This document shows positions 50,310 to 59,293 of a DNA stretch of 64,000 nucleotides, piece after piece; the stretch's first letter is position 1; each line of letters opens with the position of its first letter. This stretch comes from a virus. Taxonomy: Duplodnaviria; Caudoviricetes. The stretch is from the IMG/VR virus record IMGVR_UViG_3300014208_000039, positions 1-64,000 of that record. One strand, given 5' to 3'. Below the pieces are notes generated by a model, which saw nothing but the letters and a program-made list of their open reading frames with translations, searched no databases and was not told the DNA's origin. Made by a program: the position numbers and the translations under genes.

Positions 50310-51281
50310 ATGGGGTTTTTAAAAATTAATATATCTAACATAATATCAATAAATGACTTTATCATATCTTATAAAAGTGGAGAAAGTGTTGGTAATTTAA
50401 ATACAGGATTTACACGTTATCCAGATGTTAATACTGTATTTTCTGGAGGAACAACTGATATTTTTATATCAGGAATTACTTTAAATTATGGTGAACAATA
50501 CTGGTTTAAAATTGAAGAATATAATACAGGAAGGACAGATAATCCGTTTATTATAGAAAACATTAATATGCATTATGAAGAATATTTTACATATTATTGT
50601 CCAGAATCAACTCCAACACCTACGCCAACAAGAACACCAACACTCACTCCTACAATCGGCCAAACGCCAACGCCTACATCCACTCCTACTTCTACACCAA
50701 CATTAACATCCACGCCTACGTTAACTGCCACAGATGGTACATTACCTGATCCAACGGCAACTCCTACATTAACACCGACATTAACTCCTACATTAACGCC
50801 AACTGGCATTAAAACAATAAATTTAACTTGGGACTATACTGATAGTTCAGATGGCGGTACTAAAGATAGTCCATATTCAACTACTTATTGGAATTTAGTT
50901 CTTAGTACTCCTCTCGAAGGAGATGAATCAATTACATTAACCATACAGTATGATCTTAATAATCAAGCTATAAATGCTTCACAACAAAGATCAATTTATT
51001 CATTATCTGAGGGAGTAACATCAGGTAACATAATTGGAATAGGAAATATTGATCAAGACGCATTATTAACGACTTTTCCAAATGAAAAATCTGGTACATT
51101 CTATCATACGTTAACAGCATCAAATCAACTATTAAGATTGGGTCTTTCGACATCAATTGATGGTGATAAAGATACAACAGGAACAGTATCAGCTAGTATT
51201 AATAATTTTAATGTAACAGGATATATTGTTAATCCTGTTTATGATGGTGTTAATCCATCAATAAGCGTGACATCAAATTAA
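50310..51281 (+). CDS. Putative virion protein with a central Thr/Pro linker
   Basis: Two beta-rich regions separated by [18 protein letters not shown]..; TATTTATA upstream. Confidence 0.6.
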   Translation: MGFLKINISNIISINDFIISYKSGESVGNLNTGFTRYPDVNTVFSGGTTDIFISGITLNYGEQYWFKIEEYNTGRTDNPFIIENINMHYEEYFTYYCPESTPTPTPTRTPTLTPTIGQTPTPTSTPTSTPTLTSTPTLTATDGTLPDPTATPTLTPTLTPTLTPTGIKTINLTWDYTDSSDGGTKDSPYSTTYWNLVLSTPLEGDESITLTIQYDLNNQAINASQQRSIYSLSEGVTSGNIIGIGNIDQDALLTTFPNEKSGTFYHTLTASNQLLRLGLSTSIDGDKDTTGTVSASINNFNVTGYIVNPVYDGVNPSISVTSN

Positions 51282-51288
51282 AAAATAA

Positions 51289-51522
51289 ATGAATGTATAT
51301 ATTAAATTAGACGGTTCAACAGGAATAGATGCAGATAATTTCAGTTTCTCATCTGATATTGATTACAATTTTATTTTACAAACTGGTATATCAAGAGCAA
51401 TTTTAGTGTCTACTGGATACACATTAACAAACGTACAAGATGGAGCAACAATTATCAGAATAAAATCGAATACGACTTCGTGTACAAACACGATTGATTT
51501 TAATATTGGTGGTTTACCATAA
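51289..51522 (+). CDS. Small putative virion protein (Ig-like)
   Basis: 77 aa, GISRAILVSTGYTL..DGATIIRIKS..CTN pattern. Confidence 0.55.
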   Translation: MNVYIKLDGSTGIDADNFSFSSDIDYNFILQTGISRAILVSTGYTLTNVQDGATIIRIKSNTTSCTNTIDFNIGGLP

Positions 51523-51552
51523 TCAACTATTTATATAAAATAAATAAAAGAA

Positions 51553-53640
51553 ATGAGTTTTCTAAGTATAAATAATTCAGAATTTTTATCAGCAAGAATA
51601 ACACAAAAAGGTAGGAACGCTATAGCTAAAGGTAGTTTCAATATCAATTATTTTCAAATCGGTGATTCAGAGTATGATTATAATTTAATTTTTTCTGGAT
51701 TAACAGGAAACACAAATCATCAAATGGTTATGTCCCCTTTTGACAGGGAAGCTGGAATAAAATACCCATATAAAATTGATTCATCAACAAGTGGAACAAC
51801 ATATGGAGTTCCTGTAAATAATAATCTTTCCCCAGAATCTATTAGAAATGTTATAGGGCCAGCAGGTTTTGTTACAGAATCCGATACATCTATTATTAAA
51901 ACTTATACTGAGTTACATCCATTAACAACAATAACAGGAGGAACTTTAATTCCGGTAACATCCGGTAATAGTTTTAATGAAACCGATACCATAACCATTG
52001 CATTTACAACGTTTGGCGGAGAAGATATAAATAATCCGGTAATAACAGGTAATTCAACAAGTTTAGTTTATAAAATAATTGGTATCACTGGAAACACAAT
52101 TGAAGTTGATAGGGAGTTACCAACATTCCCTTCTCCACAATTTGATAATTATAATTTTCAAATAGTGGCTAACTATGCAGAATTAGAATATCCTCTTACA
52201 GGAACAACATGTCCACAACCAACCATTGACAATTTACATCAACATAATCCTTGGACGTTGGATGTTGTATGGGATAATTTAAGACCAATAGGAACAAATA
52301 ATACGGGTAGTGAAAATAGTATTTCAGGATATACAAGTAATAAACATTTATCAACAAAAGAATACTTAGGATATAGTACAAATTCGGCTCAAACATTTAC
52401 CGACTTAACTGGAGGAACAGTAACCTACCCGACATCATATAAAAATTCATTTGATGAAATTATAAATGTTACTCCTGAAGAACAAAGGTCAATTGCAATC
52501 ATTCATTATTCTGAATTGGGTGATTTAATCAATGATCCTGAAAGATTTTATAAATATGACGATTATATCAGTACATTAACTACTAACCCAATTTATTTGG
52601 ACGCTGATGAAAATGAGGTAACTGATGCCGAATATTTTGAAGTTTATATTCCATTTGTTCATTACCACAGGCATATACATACAGGTTCAACTATCGGAGC
52701 ATTGTTCACTATGGATTCAACAGATTACTATGTTAATTCAACAATTAATAGTAGGTATAAACTTTTGTTTAGATATTTGTTAGACTTGGAAGGTAATAGA
52801 GTTGGAAAGGTATTTCCAAACAATAAAATAGTTGTTTTTGATGACCAAGAATTAGTTGCTATTCTTGATTTTAGAAGTAATAGAAGATACACATTACCGG
52901 CCCCAAAACTTAGTTTAATAAATAGTGACACCAACACTGCATTATTTGAAACTACGGGTCAAACATTATGGTTTACATATGCGTTATCAAATCAAAACGA
53001 TACCATTAACGGATTACCATGTAACTATTATTCTAAAATTGATTCAACATCCACGCCATCAAATATTGGATTCAAATTTAATGGTGATGAATTCCATTTT
53101 ATAGGTGACGACTTTACAGATTTCACAACAGGATTTACTGTACAAAATTTTTATATTTTATTACAGATAACTAATACTGGTGATTTACCGTCATCTGAAT
53201 TGTGGAGTTACATTGATTATACAGATAGAGTTGGAGGGGATGGGATTTCATATATTAACCCAACTGGATTAACAGGAACTACATTTACGATTACGTATGA
53301 AGATTATGAGGGGCCAGGCAGAATTCCGTTCAATCTTGATGATATTATGGGAGTAAATTATACTTCATTATCCAATATACAATTTGGGGAGGAACAAACT
53401 TTTCCTGGTAGTATCAGATTGGTGAGATCATCAGACATAGAAACGTTAAATTTCTTAGTAAATTTACCATCTACTCAATTTACTGAAACACAAAATCCTA
53501 CATACGTACCAACGGCCGAAAAAAGGATAACGGAAATTGCATTATTGGATACTAATAAAGAGGTGTTAGTAATTGCAAAGACGCCTATTCCAATAAAAAG
53601 GATAGGAACTCAAGTTTTCTCTTTAAAATTAGATTTTTAA
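51553..53640 (+). CDS. Virion structural protein (tail collar / baseplate-periphery type)
   Basis: N-terminal ARITQKGRNAIAKG..YFQIGDSEYDY; C-terminal ITEIALLD..LVIAKTPIPIK..LKLDF. Confidence 0.6.
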   Translation: MSFLSINNSEFLSARITQKGRNAIAKGSFNINYFQIGDSEYDYNLIFSGLTGNTNHQMVMSPFDREAGIKYPYKIDSSTSGTTYGVPVNNNLSPESIRNVIGPAGFVTESDTSIIKTYTELHPLTTITGGTLIPVTSGNSFNETDTITIAFTTFGGEDINNPVITGNSTSLVYKIIGITGNTIEVDRELPTFPSPQFDNYNFQIVANYAELEYPLTGTTCPQPTIDNLHQHNPWTLDVVWDNLRPIGTNNTGSENSISGYTSNKHLSTKEYLGYSTNSAQTFTDLTGGTVTYPTSYKNSFDEIINVTPEEQRSIAIIHYSELGDLINDPERFYKYDDYISTLTTNPIYLDADENEVTDAEYFEVYIPFVHYHRHIHTGSTIGALFTMDSTDYYVNSTINSRYKLLFRYLLDLEGNRVGKVFPNNKIVVFDDQELVAILDFRSNRRYTLPAPKLSLINSDTNTALFETTGQTLWFTYALSNQNDTINGLPCNYYSKIDSTSTPSNIGFKFNGDEFHFIGDDFTDFTTGFTVQNFYILLQITNTGDLPSSELWSYIDYTDRVGGDGISYINPTGLTGTTFTITYEDYEGPGRIPFNLDDIMGVNYTSLSNIQFGEEQTFPGSIRLVRSSDIETLNFLVNLPSTQFTETQNPTYVPTAEKRITEIALLDTNKEVLVIAKTPIPIKRIGTQVFSLKLDF

Positions 53641-53691
53641 TCTTTATCTTTAATTAATAAATAATATTGGCTTGTATATTTTTACCAAATA

Positions 53692-54309
53692 ATGAATATG
53701 AAAATAAATAAATTAAAAAATAGTCCAAAAATTTTGGGACTTGATGTGAGTACGAAATGTACGGGCTTTGCTTTATTTGATATTAATGGTTCTGAATTAT
53801 TAGAATTAACTCATTTTTCCCCGAAAATAAAACCACAACCTGAAGATAAAATTGAGGAATTATTGAAAAAAGCCGAAGCTTTCCGAAAACATCTTGAAAA
53901 TTACAAAGATATGGGTATAATAAAAGTAATTATTGAAGAACCTCTTTTAAATTCCAATAATGCTTACACCATTGGAACATTATTAAGATATAATTCAATA
54001 ATTCTGAAATGTTGTTATGACGTTTTAGATGTAGTTCCAACATTTATTTCCACATATAATGCTAGAAGATATGCTTTTCCCGATTTGGTTGGTAAAAATA
54101 AAAACGGTAAAGAAGTACTGTTTGGCGGATATCCAAAGGATATTGATAAAAAACAAGTTATTTGGGATCATGTAAATACCTTATTTCCTGAAATTGATTG
54201 GCCTCGTGATAAAACAAAAAAAATTAAAAAGGAATCATTTGATATGAGTGATAGTGTATGTTGTGTCATTGGTTACATTAATATGACAAAAGTAAACAAT
54301 ATTCTATAA
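53692..54309 (+). CDS. ruvC: RuvC-like Holliday junction resolvase
   Basis: ILGLDVSTKCTGFA, VIIEEP, FDMSDSVCC acidic residue pattern. Confidence 0.75.
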   Translation: MNMKINKLKNSPKILGLDVSTKCTGFALFDINGSELLELTHFSPKIKPQPEDKIEELLKKAEAFRKHLENYKDMGIIKVIIEEPLLNSNNAYTIGTLLRYNSIILKCCYDVLDVVPTFISTYNARRYAFPDLVGKNKNGKEVLFGGYPKDIDKKQVIWDHVNTLFPEIDWPRDKTKKIKKESFDMSDSVCCVIGYINMTKVNNIL

Positions 54310-54381
54310 ATTTTTTTATAACATAGATTTTTTTTCGTATATTTTGAATAAATAAGACGATTAGAAATTTTTCTATTTATT

Positions 54382-54421
54382 ATCCCCTAAGATATGGTGT
54401 ATTCTTAGGGGATTTTTTTTT
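54382..54421 (+). terminator. Rho-independent terminator
   Basis: 11-bp stem ATCCCCTAAGA / TCTTAGGGGAT followed by a T run. Confidence 0.75.
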
Positions 54422-54448
54422 ATAAAAAAAAATCCTTATATTTTTAAT

Positions 54449-55384
54449 ATGAAAGACGAAAGTTATAATGGTATAATTGATATTTTAATTGAAATTTTGG
54501 GGGAGCCTAGAGATCATAATGAATATAGTGGTCAAATGTCATTCAACTGTCCTGTTTGTTCATATGATATTAAAAGTTTAGATGATGGAGATGGAAAATA
54601 TAATCTAGAAGTTAATTATAAATTAGGGGTTCAAAAATGTTGGGTTTGTTGCGATACTCATAATACTCATGGGTCAATTAAGAAGTTAATCAGACAATAC
54701 GGTAACAAAAAACAATTAAGAAGATATGAAATATTAAAGCCAGATGATGATGGTGATAATCCAAAAAAACAATACAAAAGGGTAATGTTACCTAAAGATT
54801 ATATTCCATTTGAAACTGTGTCTGCCGGATTAAAAATGACTCCACAATATAGGCAAGCTTGGAATTACATTAGAAAACGAAATATAACTGAAGAACAAAT
54901 ACAAAAATATAAAATAGGTTTCTGTTATCAAGGAGAATATGAAAATAGAATCATTATTCCATCATATAATAAAGAAGGTAATTTAAATTATTTCATAGCT
55001 AGATCGTATTTGTTATATAGTAAGATGAAATATAAAAATCCTGAGGCTGAAAAAGAAATTATCATTTTTAATGAAAATTTAATAGATTGGAATAAACCGA
55101 TTTATATTGTTGAGGGGGCTTTTGATTCCATATTTTTATCAAATTCAATTCCAATGTTAGGTAAGCATATGGGGGATTTTTTGTTCAATTATCTTTATGA
55201 CCATGCAAAGGAATTAATTATAGTATTGGACGGGGACGCCTATGAAAATGCTATTAAGTTATATCATAGGTTAAATTGCGGAAAGTTATTTAACAAAGTA
55301 TGGATAGTTCAATTAGATGTAGATAAAGATATTGCGGATTTATGCGGAAATTTAACAAATTATGAAATAAAAAAATTAGATTGA
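54449..55384 (+). CDS. dnaG: DNA primase (Zn-binding domain plus TOPRIM)
   Basis: FNCPVC..KCWVC zinc region; RIIIPSY..YFIARS; TOPRIM IVEGAFDS and VLDGDA. Confidence 0.85.
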   Translation: MKDESYNGIIDILIEILGEPRDHNEYSGQMSFNCPVCSYDIKSLDDGDGKYNLEVNYKLGVQKCWVCCDTHNTHGSIKKLIRQYGNKKQLRRYEILKPDDDGDNPKKQYKRVMLPKDYIPFETVSAGLKMTPQYRQAWNYIRKRNITEEQIQKYKIGFCYQGEYENRIIIPSYNKEGNLNYFIARSYLLYSKMKYKNPEAEKEIIIFNENLIDWNKPIYIVEGAFDSIFLSNSIPMLGKHMGDFLFNYLYDHAKELIIVLDGDAYENAIKLYHRLNCGKLFNKVWIVQLDVDKDIADLCGNLTNYEIKKLD

Positions 55385-55385
55385 T

Positions 55386-55736
55386 ATGAGAAATAATGAA
55401 TTAAATTTATTTTTTAAAACAGTGTCTTTTATACAAGATAAAGATGGGTTCTTTGTCGGACATGGGCAAAATAATATGAAAGGAACGGATTTTAAAATAG
55501 CAATATTTGATCAAAAAATTGCTTGTTTTCAAAATAATGAAATTCTATTTCAAATTCCACTTTGGTTTGATTTAGGAACATTTTTAGTTTTAGCACAAGA
55601 TGTTGGAATTATAAATGAAATGTTTATATATAAATCAGTTGAAGATATCAAAGATATATATCTTGAATCTGAAGAAGAATCTTTCTTTGATATTGATGAA
55701 ATACTTGAAGAAAGAAAAAAGAAAAAAATAAAATAA
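55386..55736 (+). CDS. Hypothetical protein
   Basis: 116-aa ORF coupled to the primase gene. Confidence 0.55.
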   Translation: MRNNELNLFFKTVSFIQDKDGFFVGHGQNNMKGTDFKIAIFDQKIACFQNNEILFQIPLWFDLGTFLVLAQDVGIINEMFIYKSVEDIKDIYLESEEESFFDIDEILEERKKKKIK

Positions 55737-55738
55737 TT

Positions 55739-56602
55739 ATGAATATAGATTTAAAAGAAGTTTCTAAAGAAATTAATGATTTACTAGAACAAAGAAGAAA
55801 AGAATTAAGATTAAGTTTCGTTGAGGCTAAGCACATTTATTATATGCTTGACCCTAAGACCAACAAAATAAGGTCAAACTATCCGTCCGTATCTAAAGTT
55901 ATGAAGAAATTTTTCGAGCCGTTTGACGCCGAAGGTATTTCTTTAAGAATGGCTAAGGGTGACCGGGCACAACAAAAATTAATTTTGGAAGAATGGAGAC
56001 AAGCAGGGGATTATTCAACAAATATGGGTAGTCGGGTTCACTATGAATTAGAAGTTGATTTAATTGCAAGAAACGGTGATTATAAGAAGGTAAGACAACC
56101 TATTTACACTATCAATGAAGAACAGACAATTAAAAGTGATAAGATGATAATTGCAGGAAAAGAATATCTCGATTTAATGGAAGAAAGAGGTGCTGTTCTT
56201 ATTGATACAGAAATAGTTCTTGGTGATCCGAAATTAGGGTATACAGGTCAGCCAGATAAGGGTTGGTTGATGTTTAATAAATTAAAAACAGATTTTGGAT
56301 TAGTAATTTCCGACTGGAAAAGTAATCAACCAAAAAATTTTGAAATTAATACATTCACCAAAGGAATGTATCCACCATTTCAGCAACATCCAAATAATGC
56401 ATTGGGTCACTACTACCTTCAAATACCTTTATATGCAAGGTTATTAAAGGAAATGTTAAAGGGAAGTAAATATGCCAACCTTAATTTTTTAGGTGGCGTA
56501 ATCGTATTGTTAAAAGAAGACGAAACATTTGTTGAATATAAAGTTCCAAATGATGTTAACAACGCATTAATGACGATGGATTTATCAAATTACGTTAAAT
56601 AA
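55739..56602 (+). CDS. PD-(D/E)XK exonuclease (RecB/Cas4-like phage exonuclease)
   Basis: YPSVSKVM, GSRVHYELE, GYTGQPD, ISDWKS, HYYLQIPLYAR. Confidence 0.8.
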   Translation: MNIDLKEVSKEINDLLEQRRKELRLSFVEAKHIYYMLDPKTNKIRSNYPSVSKVMKKFFEPFDAEGISLRMAKGDRAQQKLILEEWRQAGDYSTNMGSRVHYELEVDLIARNGDYKKVRQPIYTINEEQTIKSDKMIIAGKEYLDLMEERGAVLIDTEIVLGDPKLGYTGQPDKGWLMFNKLKTDFGLVISDWKSNQPKNFEINTFTKGMYPPFQQHPNNALGHYYLQIPLYARLLKEMLKGSKYANLNFLGGVIVLLKEDETFVEYKVPNDVNNALMTMDLSNYVK

Positions 56603-57012
56603 TGAACTGTTTAAACGATGTTAAAAAGATAATTGATTCTTACAATTTAGAGCCAATTAAATTACCTGAAGGGTTTAAAAATATATATCAGTTAATTGAC
56701 CACGTTCCTGAAATAAAGGAAAACTTTAAATCTGAAAAGGATGATATGTTCTTAATAAATAAATACAGAGAATATATATCCAAAGGACATTACGGATTTT
56801 CAATTGGAACGCCAACCAATCCAAAATGGAATGACCTTATTGATAAAATTTTGGAATATTTTATATCAATAGACCCCACTTTCGAAATACAACAAATAAA
56901 AATCAAATTCGGATTTATGTGTTTTTATGTTACCTCTAACGTCATTGAGGATATCCAAGATATAGAAGTTTTAATTATGAGAACGTTATCCGATAAATCA
57001 TTAATTTATTAG
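56602..57012 (+). CDS. Hypothetical phage protein
   Basis: QQIKIKFGFMCFYV resembles the QxKEKFGxLRFY motif of small phage proteins. Confidence 0.55.
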   Translation: MNCLNDVKKIIDSYNLEPIKLPEGFKNIYQLIDHVPEIKENFKSEKDDMFLINKYREYISKGHYGFSIGTPTNPKWNDLIDKILEYFISIDPTFEIQQIKIKFGFMCFYVTSNVIEDIQDIEVLIMRTLSDKSLIY

Positions 57013-57016
57013 TACA

Positions 57017-57193
57017 ATGGAAAAAAATTGTAATAAATGCTTTATTAAAAGAGAAATTGACGAATTTGATAAAAGAAAGGATAGTAAAGATGGATATAGG
57101 AACGAATGTAAAGTTTGTAGAAGAAAAATAAAAAACAATTATACTGATAGAAATAAAGATAATATTTTAAAAAGTGCAATAAAATATGATTAA
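57017..57193 (+). pseudogene. Truncated homing-endonuclease-type zinc-binding N-terminus (58 aa)
   Basis: MEKNCNKCFIKREIDEFDKRKDSKDGYRNECKVC: the CxxC..F..DG..CKxC module that normally precedes HNH/endonuclease VII domains; no nuclease domain follows. Confidence 0.5.
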
Positions 57194-57989
57194 AAAAATT
57201 ATTCATTTAAGTGACATTCATGTAAGAACGTTCCAATTACATGATTTATATAAAAACCAATTTCAAATATTTTTAAATGAAATAAGATTTGTAACTAAAG
57301 ATTTATCAATAGATGAACTCAGAATAGTTATTACTGGAGACCTTGTTCATAATAAAATTAATATATCTAACGAACAGATGTTGTTGATCGCTTGGTTTCT
57401 GACAGAACTATCAAAAATTGGAATAGTTGTTATAATTCCCGGAAATCACGATTTTTTGGAAAATAATCCCGAAAGGATGGATAGTATTACCCCAATTATT
57501 GAAATGTTAAATAACTCAAATATTAAGTTTTATAAAGATTGGGGTGTATATCCTGATGAAAATATAAAATGGGTTGTTTATTCGTTATATCAGCACAATC
57601 AAAGGCCAACATTCAATAATACCGATGATAGTCTTTATATTGGGTTATTTCATGGACAAGTTCAGGGAGTATCGACTGACTTGGGGTTTACTTTTGATGA
57701 TGGTTACGATAGATTAAATTTTCTAAATTTAGATATTTTACTATGTGGAGATATTCATAAGAGACAATCGTTTGATATTCAAGGGACTCCAAAGGGTTTT
57801 ATGGTAGGAAGTTTTATACAGCAAGATCATGGTGAAACAATTAAACATCATGGATATGGTGTATATGATGTTGAATCAAATAAATACACGTTCCATGATC
57901 TACCGAATGATCAACCATTTTTACATTTCCTAATAACAGACATTAAAGATTTGGACAATGGAAAAGAAATTCTCGTTAATCTTGGATAA
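57186..57989 (+). CDS. sbcD: Metallophosphoesterase, SbcD/Mre11/gp47-like nuclease subunit
   Basis: HLSDIH, ITGDLVH, PGNHD, LFHG, CGDIHKRQ. Confidence 0.85.
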   Translation: MIKKIIHLSDIHVRTFQLHDLYKNQFQIFLNEIRFVTKDLSIDELRIVITGDLVHNKINISNEQMLLIAWFLTELSKIGIVVIIPGNHDFLENNPERMDSITPIIEMLNNSNIKFYKDWGVYPDENIKWVVYSLYQHNQRPTFNNTDDSLYIGLFHGQVQGVSTDLGFTFDDGYDRLNFLNLDILLCGDIHKRQSFDIQGTPKGFMVGSFIQQDHGETIKHHGYGVYDVESNKYTFHDLPNDQPFLHFLITDIKDLDNGKEILVNLG

Positions 57990-58209
57990 AGATTTTGTTG
58001 ATTATTGTACATTAAATAAAATAGAAGATATTGAAAAATATGCAAAGGATGTTTTCAATAGAGGGTTTAATTTGGTAAAATATGGTAATAGTCCGTTTGG
58101 TTCTTTTACTGCGACTCCAACATCTACGCCATTACCAAAAGAAAAAATAACTGAGGTGATAGAAAAAACTAATGAAAAGATAAAAAACAATAATTTATAT
58201 GACGAATAA
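57958..58209 (+). CDS. Small hypothetical protein
   Basis: 83-aa ORF overlapping the sbcD end. Confidence 0.5.
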   Translation: MEKKFSLILDKDFVDYCTLNKIEDIEKYAKDVFNRGFNLVKYGNSPFGSFTATPTSTPLPKEKITEVIEKTNEKIKNNNLYDE

Positions 58210-58210
58210 A

Positions 58211-58242
58211 TTTCGTAATTTATCTTTTTTTACATATATTTG
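58211..58242 (+). promoter_or_regulatory. Bacteroidota-type sigma-A promoter
   Basis: TTTCGTAATT then TATATTTG (58235-58242), matching the TAnnTTTG -7 consensus; same layout as the promoter at 61629. Confidence 0.6.
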
Positions 58243-58259
58243 GATAAAATAAAAACATT

Positions 58260-58571
58260 ATGAGTTTGTTAATTTTTTGGTCATTTATTGCGTATGGAAT
58301 GATGACAATTATTGTTTACGGGTCAATATTTGAAAAATCGAGGGAGTGGATAAAAAGTCATTCACATTTTTTCGGTGAGCTAGTTAGTTGTCCGTTATGC
58401 ACTAGTACTTGGATAGGATTTATTATGTCATTGACATTAGGAAGTATATCGTCAGTATATTTTAGTACCTTTTACCCAATTAATGTATTTGTGGATGGAA
58501 TGTTCACCGCAGGAGCCGTATGGGCTATAAACTCTATAATCGAGTTCTTCGAGGAGAGTAGGATAAAATAA
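58260..58571 (+). CDS. Small membrane protein (DUF1360-like)
   Basis: Hydrophobic helices flanking ELVSCPLCTSTWIG. Confidence 0.65.
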   Translation: MSLLIFWSFIAYGMMTIIVYGSIFEKSREWIKSHSHFFGELVSCPLCTSTWIGFIMSLTLGSISSVYFSTFYPINVFVDGMFTAGAVWAINSIIEFFEESRIK

Positions 58572-58576
58572 TTAAA

Positions 58577-59248
58577 ATGTCATTCAAATTTATTAGAATT
58601 GAAAATGGTGAAGTAAAAAGTGTTTATGATGATGCGTTAATGAGAAGTATAGGTATTACTGTATTTGAACAAGCATTCGATTTGAAATTTAAAAATGGTA
58701 CTGAAACAGGTATCGATTTAGTATTAATTGACGACCCTTCAATTGGTGCTGAAGGAGAAGATGGAAGTTGGGACGGAGATAGATGGGTCGGAGGACAAAA
58801 AGACATTTTTAGTTTAGGCGTGGGAACTTTAAACATCCAAGACAGAAAATGGCATTTTTGGAATTTACAGGAATTATCTGAAAAACCTGGAGCTAAAAGA
58901 TATTGGGGTAAAAAAACAATTGGATGGGAAAAAAATTTTTATTTTCGTTTGAATAGACAAGGTGATCAGATGTGTATTGTTGATGCTGAAACTATTTTAG
59001 ATGACAAAAAAAGATTATTTGCTTTAAATAGAAAAGTTAGCAATAATGACGAAGCCGAAGATTGGATATGTATTCCTGAAAAATATGTATTTACCTTTAA
59101 TTTACAACCGTCAGGTATTTGGGAATTAAATGGTAAATATTGGGGCCCCGATCAGATAGAATGTAGAAGAATTCGTTTTGAAATTGATAAACAGAAAAAA
59201 GAATATCAAAAGAAAAGATTACAAGAGTTAGCATCAGGACTAACTTAA
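58577..59248 (+). CDS. Hypothetical protein, possibly with a restriction-endonuclease-like fold
   Basis: GIDLVL..GAEGE acidic motif and YFRLN..CIV; weak resemblance only. Confidence 0.4.
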   Translation: MSFKFIRIENGEVKSVYDDALMRSIGITVFEQAFDLKFKNGTETGIDLVLIDDPSIGAEGEDGSWDGDRWVGGQKDIFSLGVGTLNIQDRKWHFWNLQELSEKPGAKRYWGKKTIGWEKNFYFRLNRQGDQMCIVDAETILDDKKRLFALNRKVSNNDEAEDWICIPEKYVFTFNLQPSGIWELNGKYWGPDQIECRRIRFEIDKQKKEYQKKRLQELASGLT

Positions 59249-59293
59249 AAAAAAAAGGAACAAGTACATCAAAAGTTAAAGGAAATATTTAAT

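Noticed and set aside
59286-59293. TATTTAAT before sbcC as a late promoter
   Set aside because: A mismatch to the consensus, directly abutting the ATG and upstream of a non-virion gene; likely chance in AT-rich DNA.
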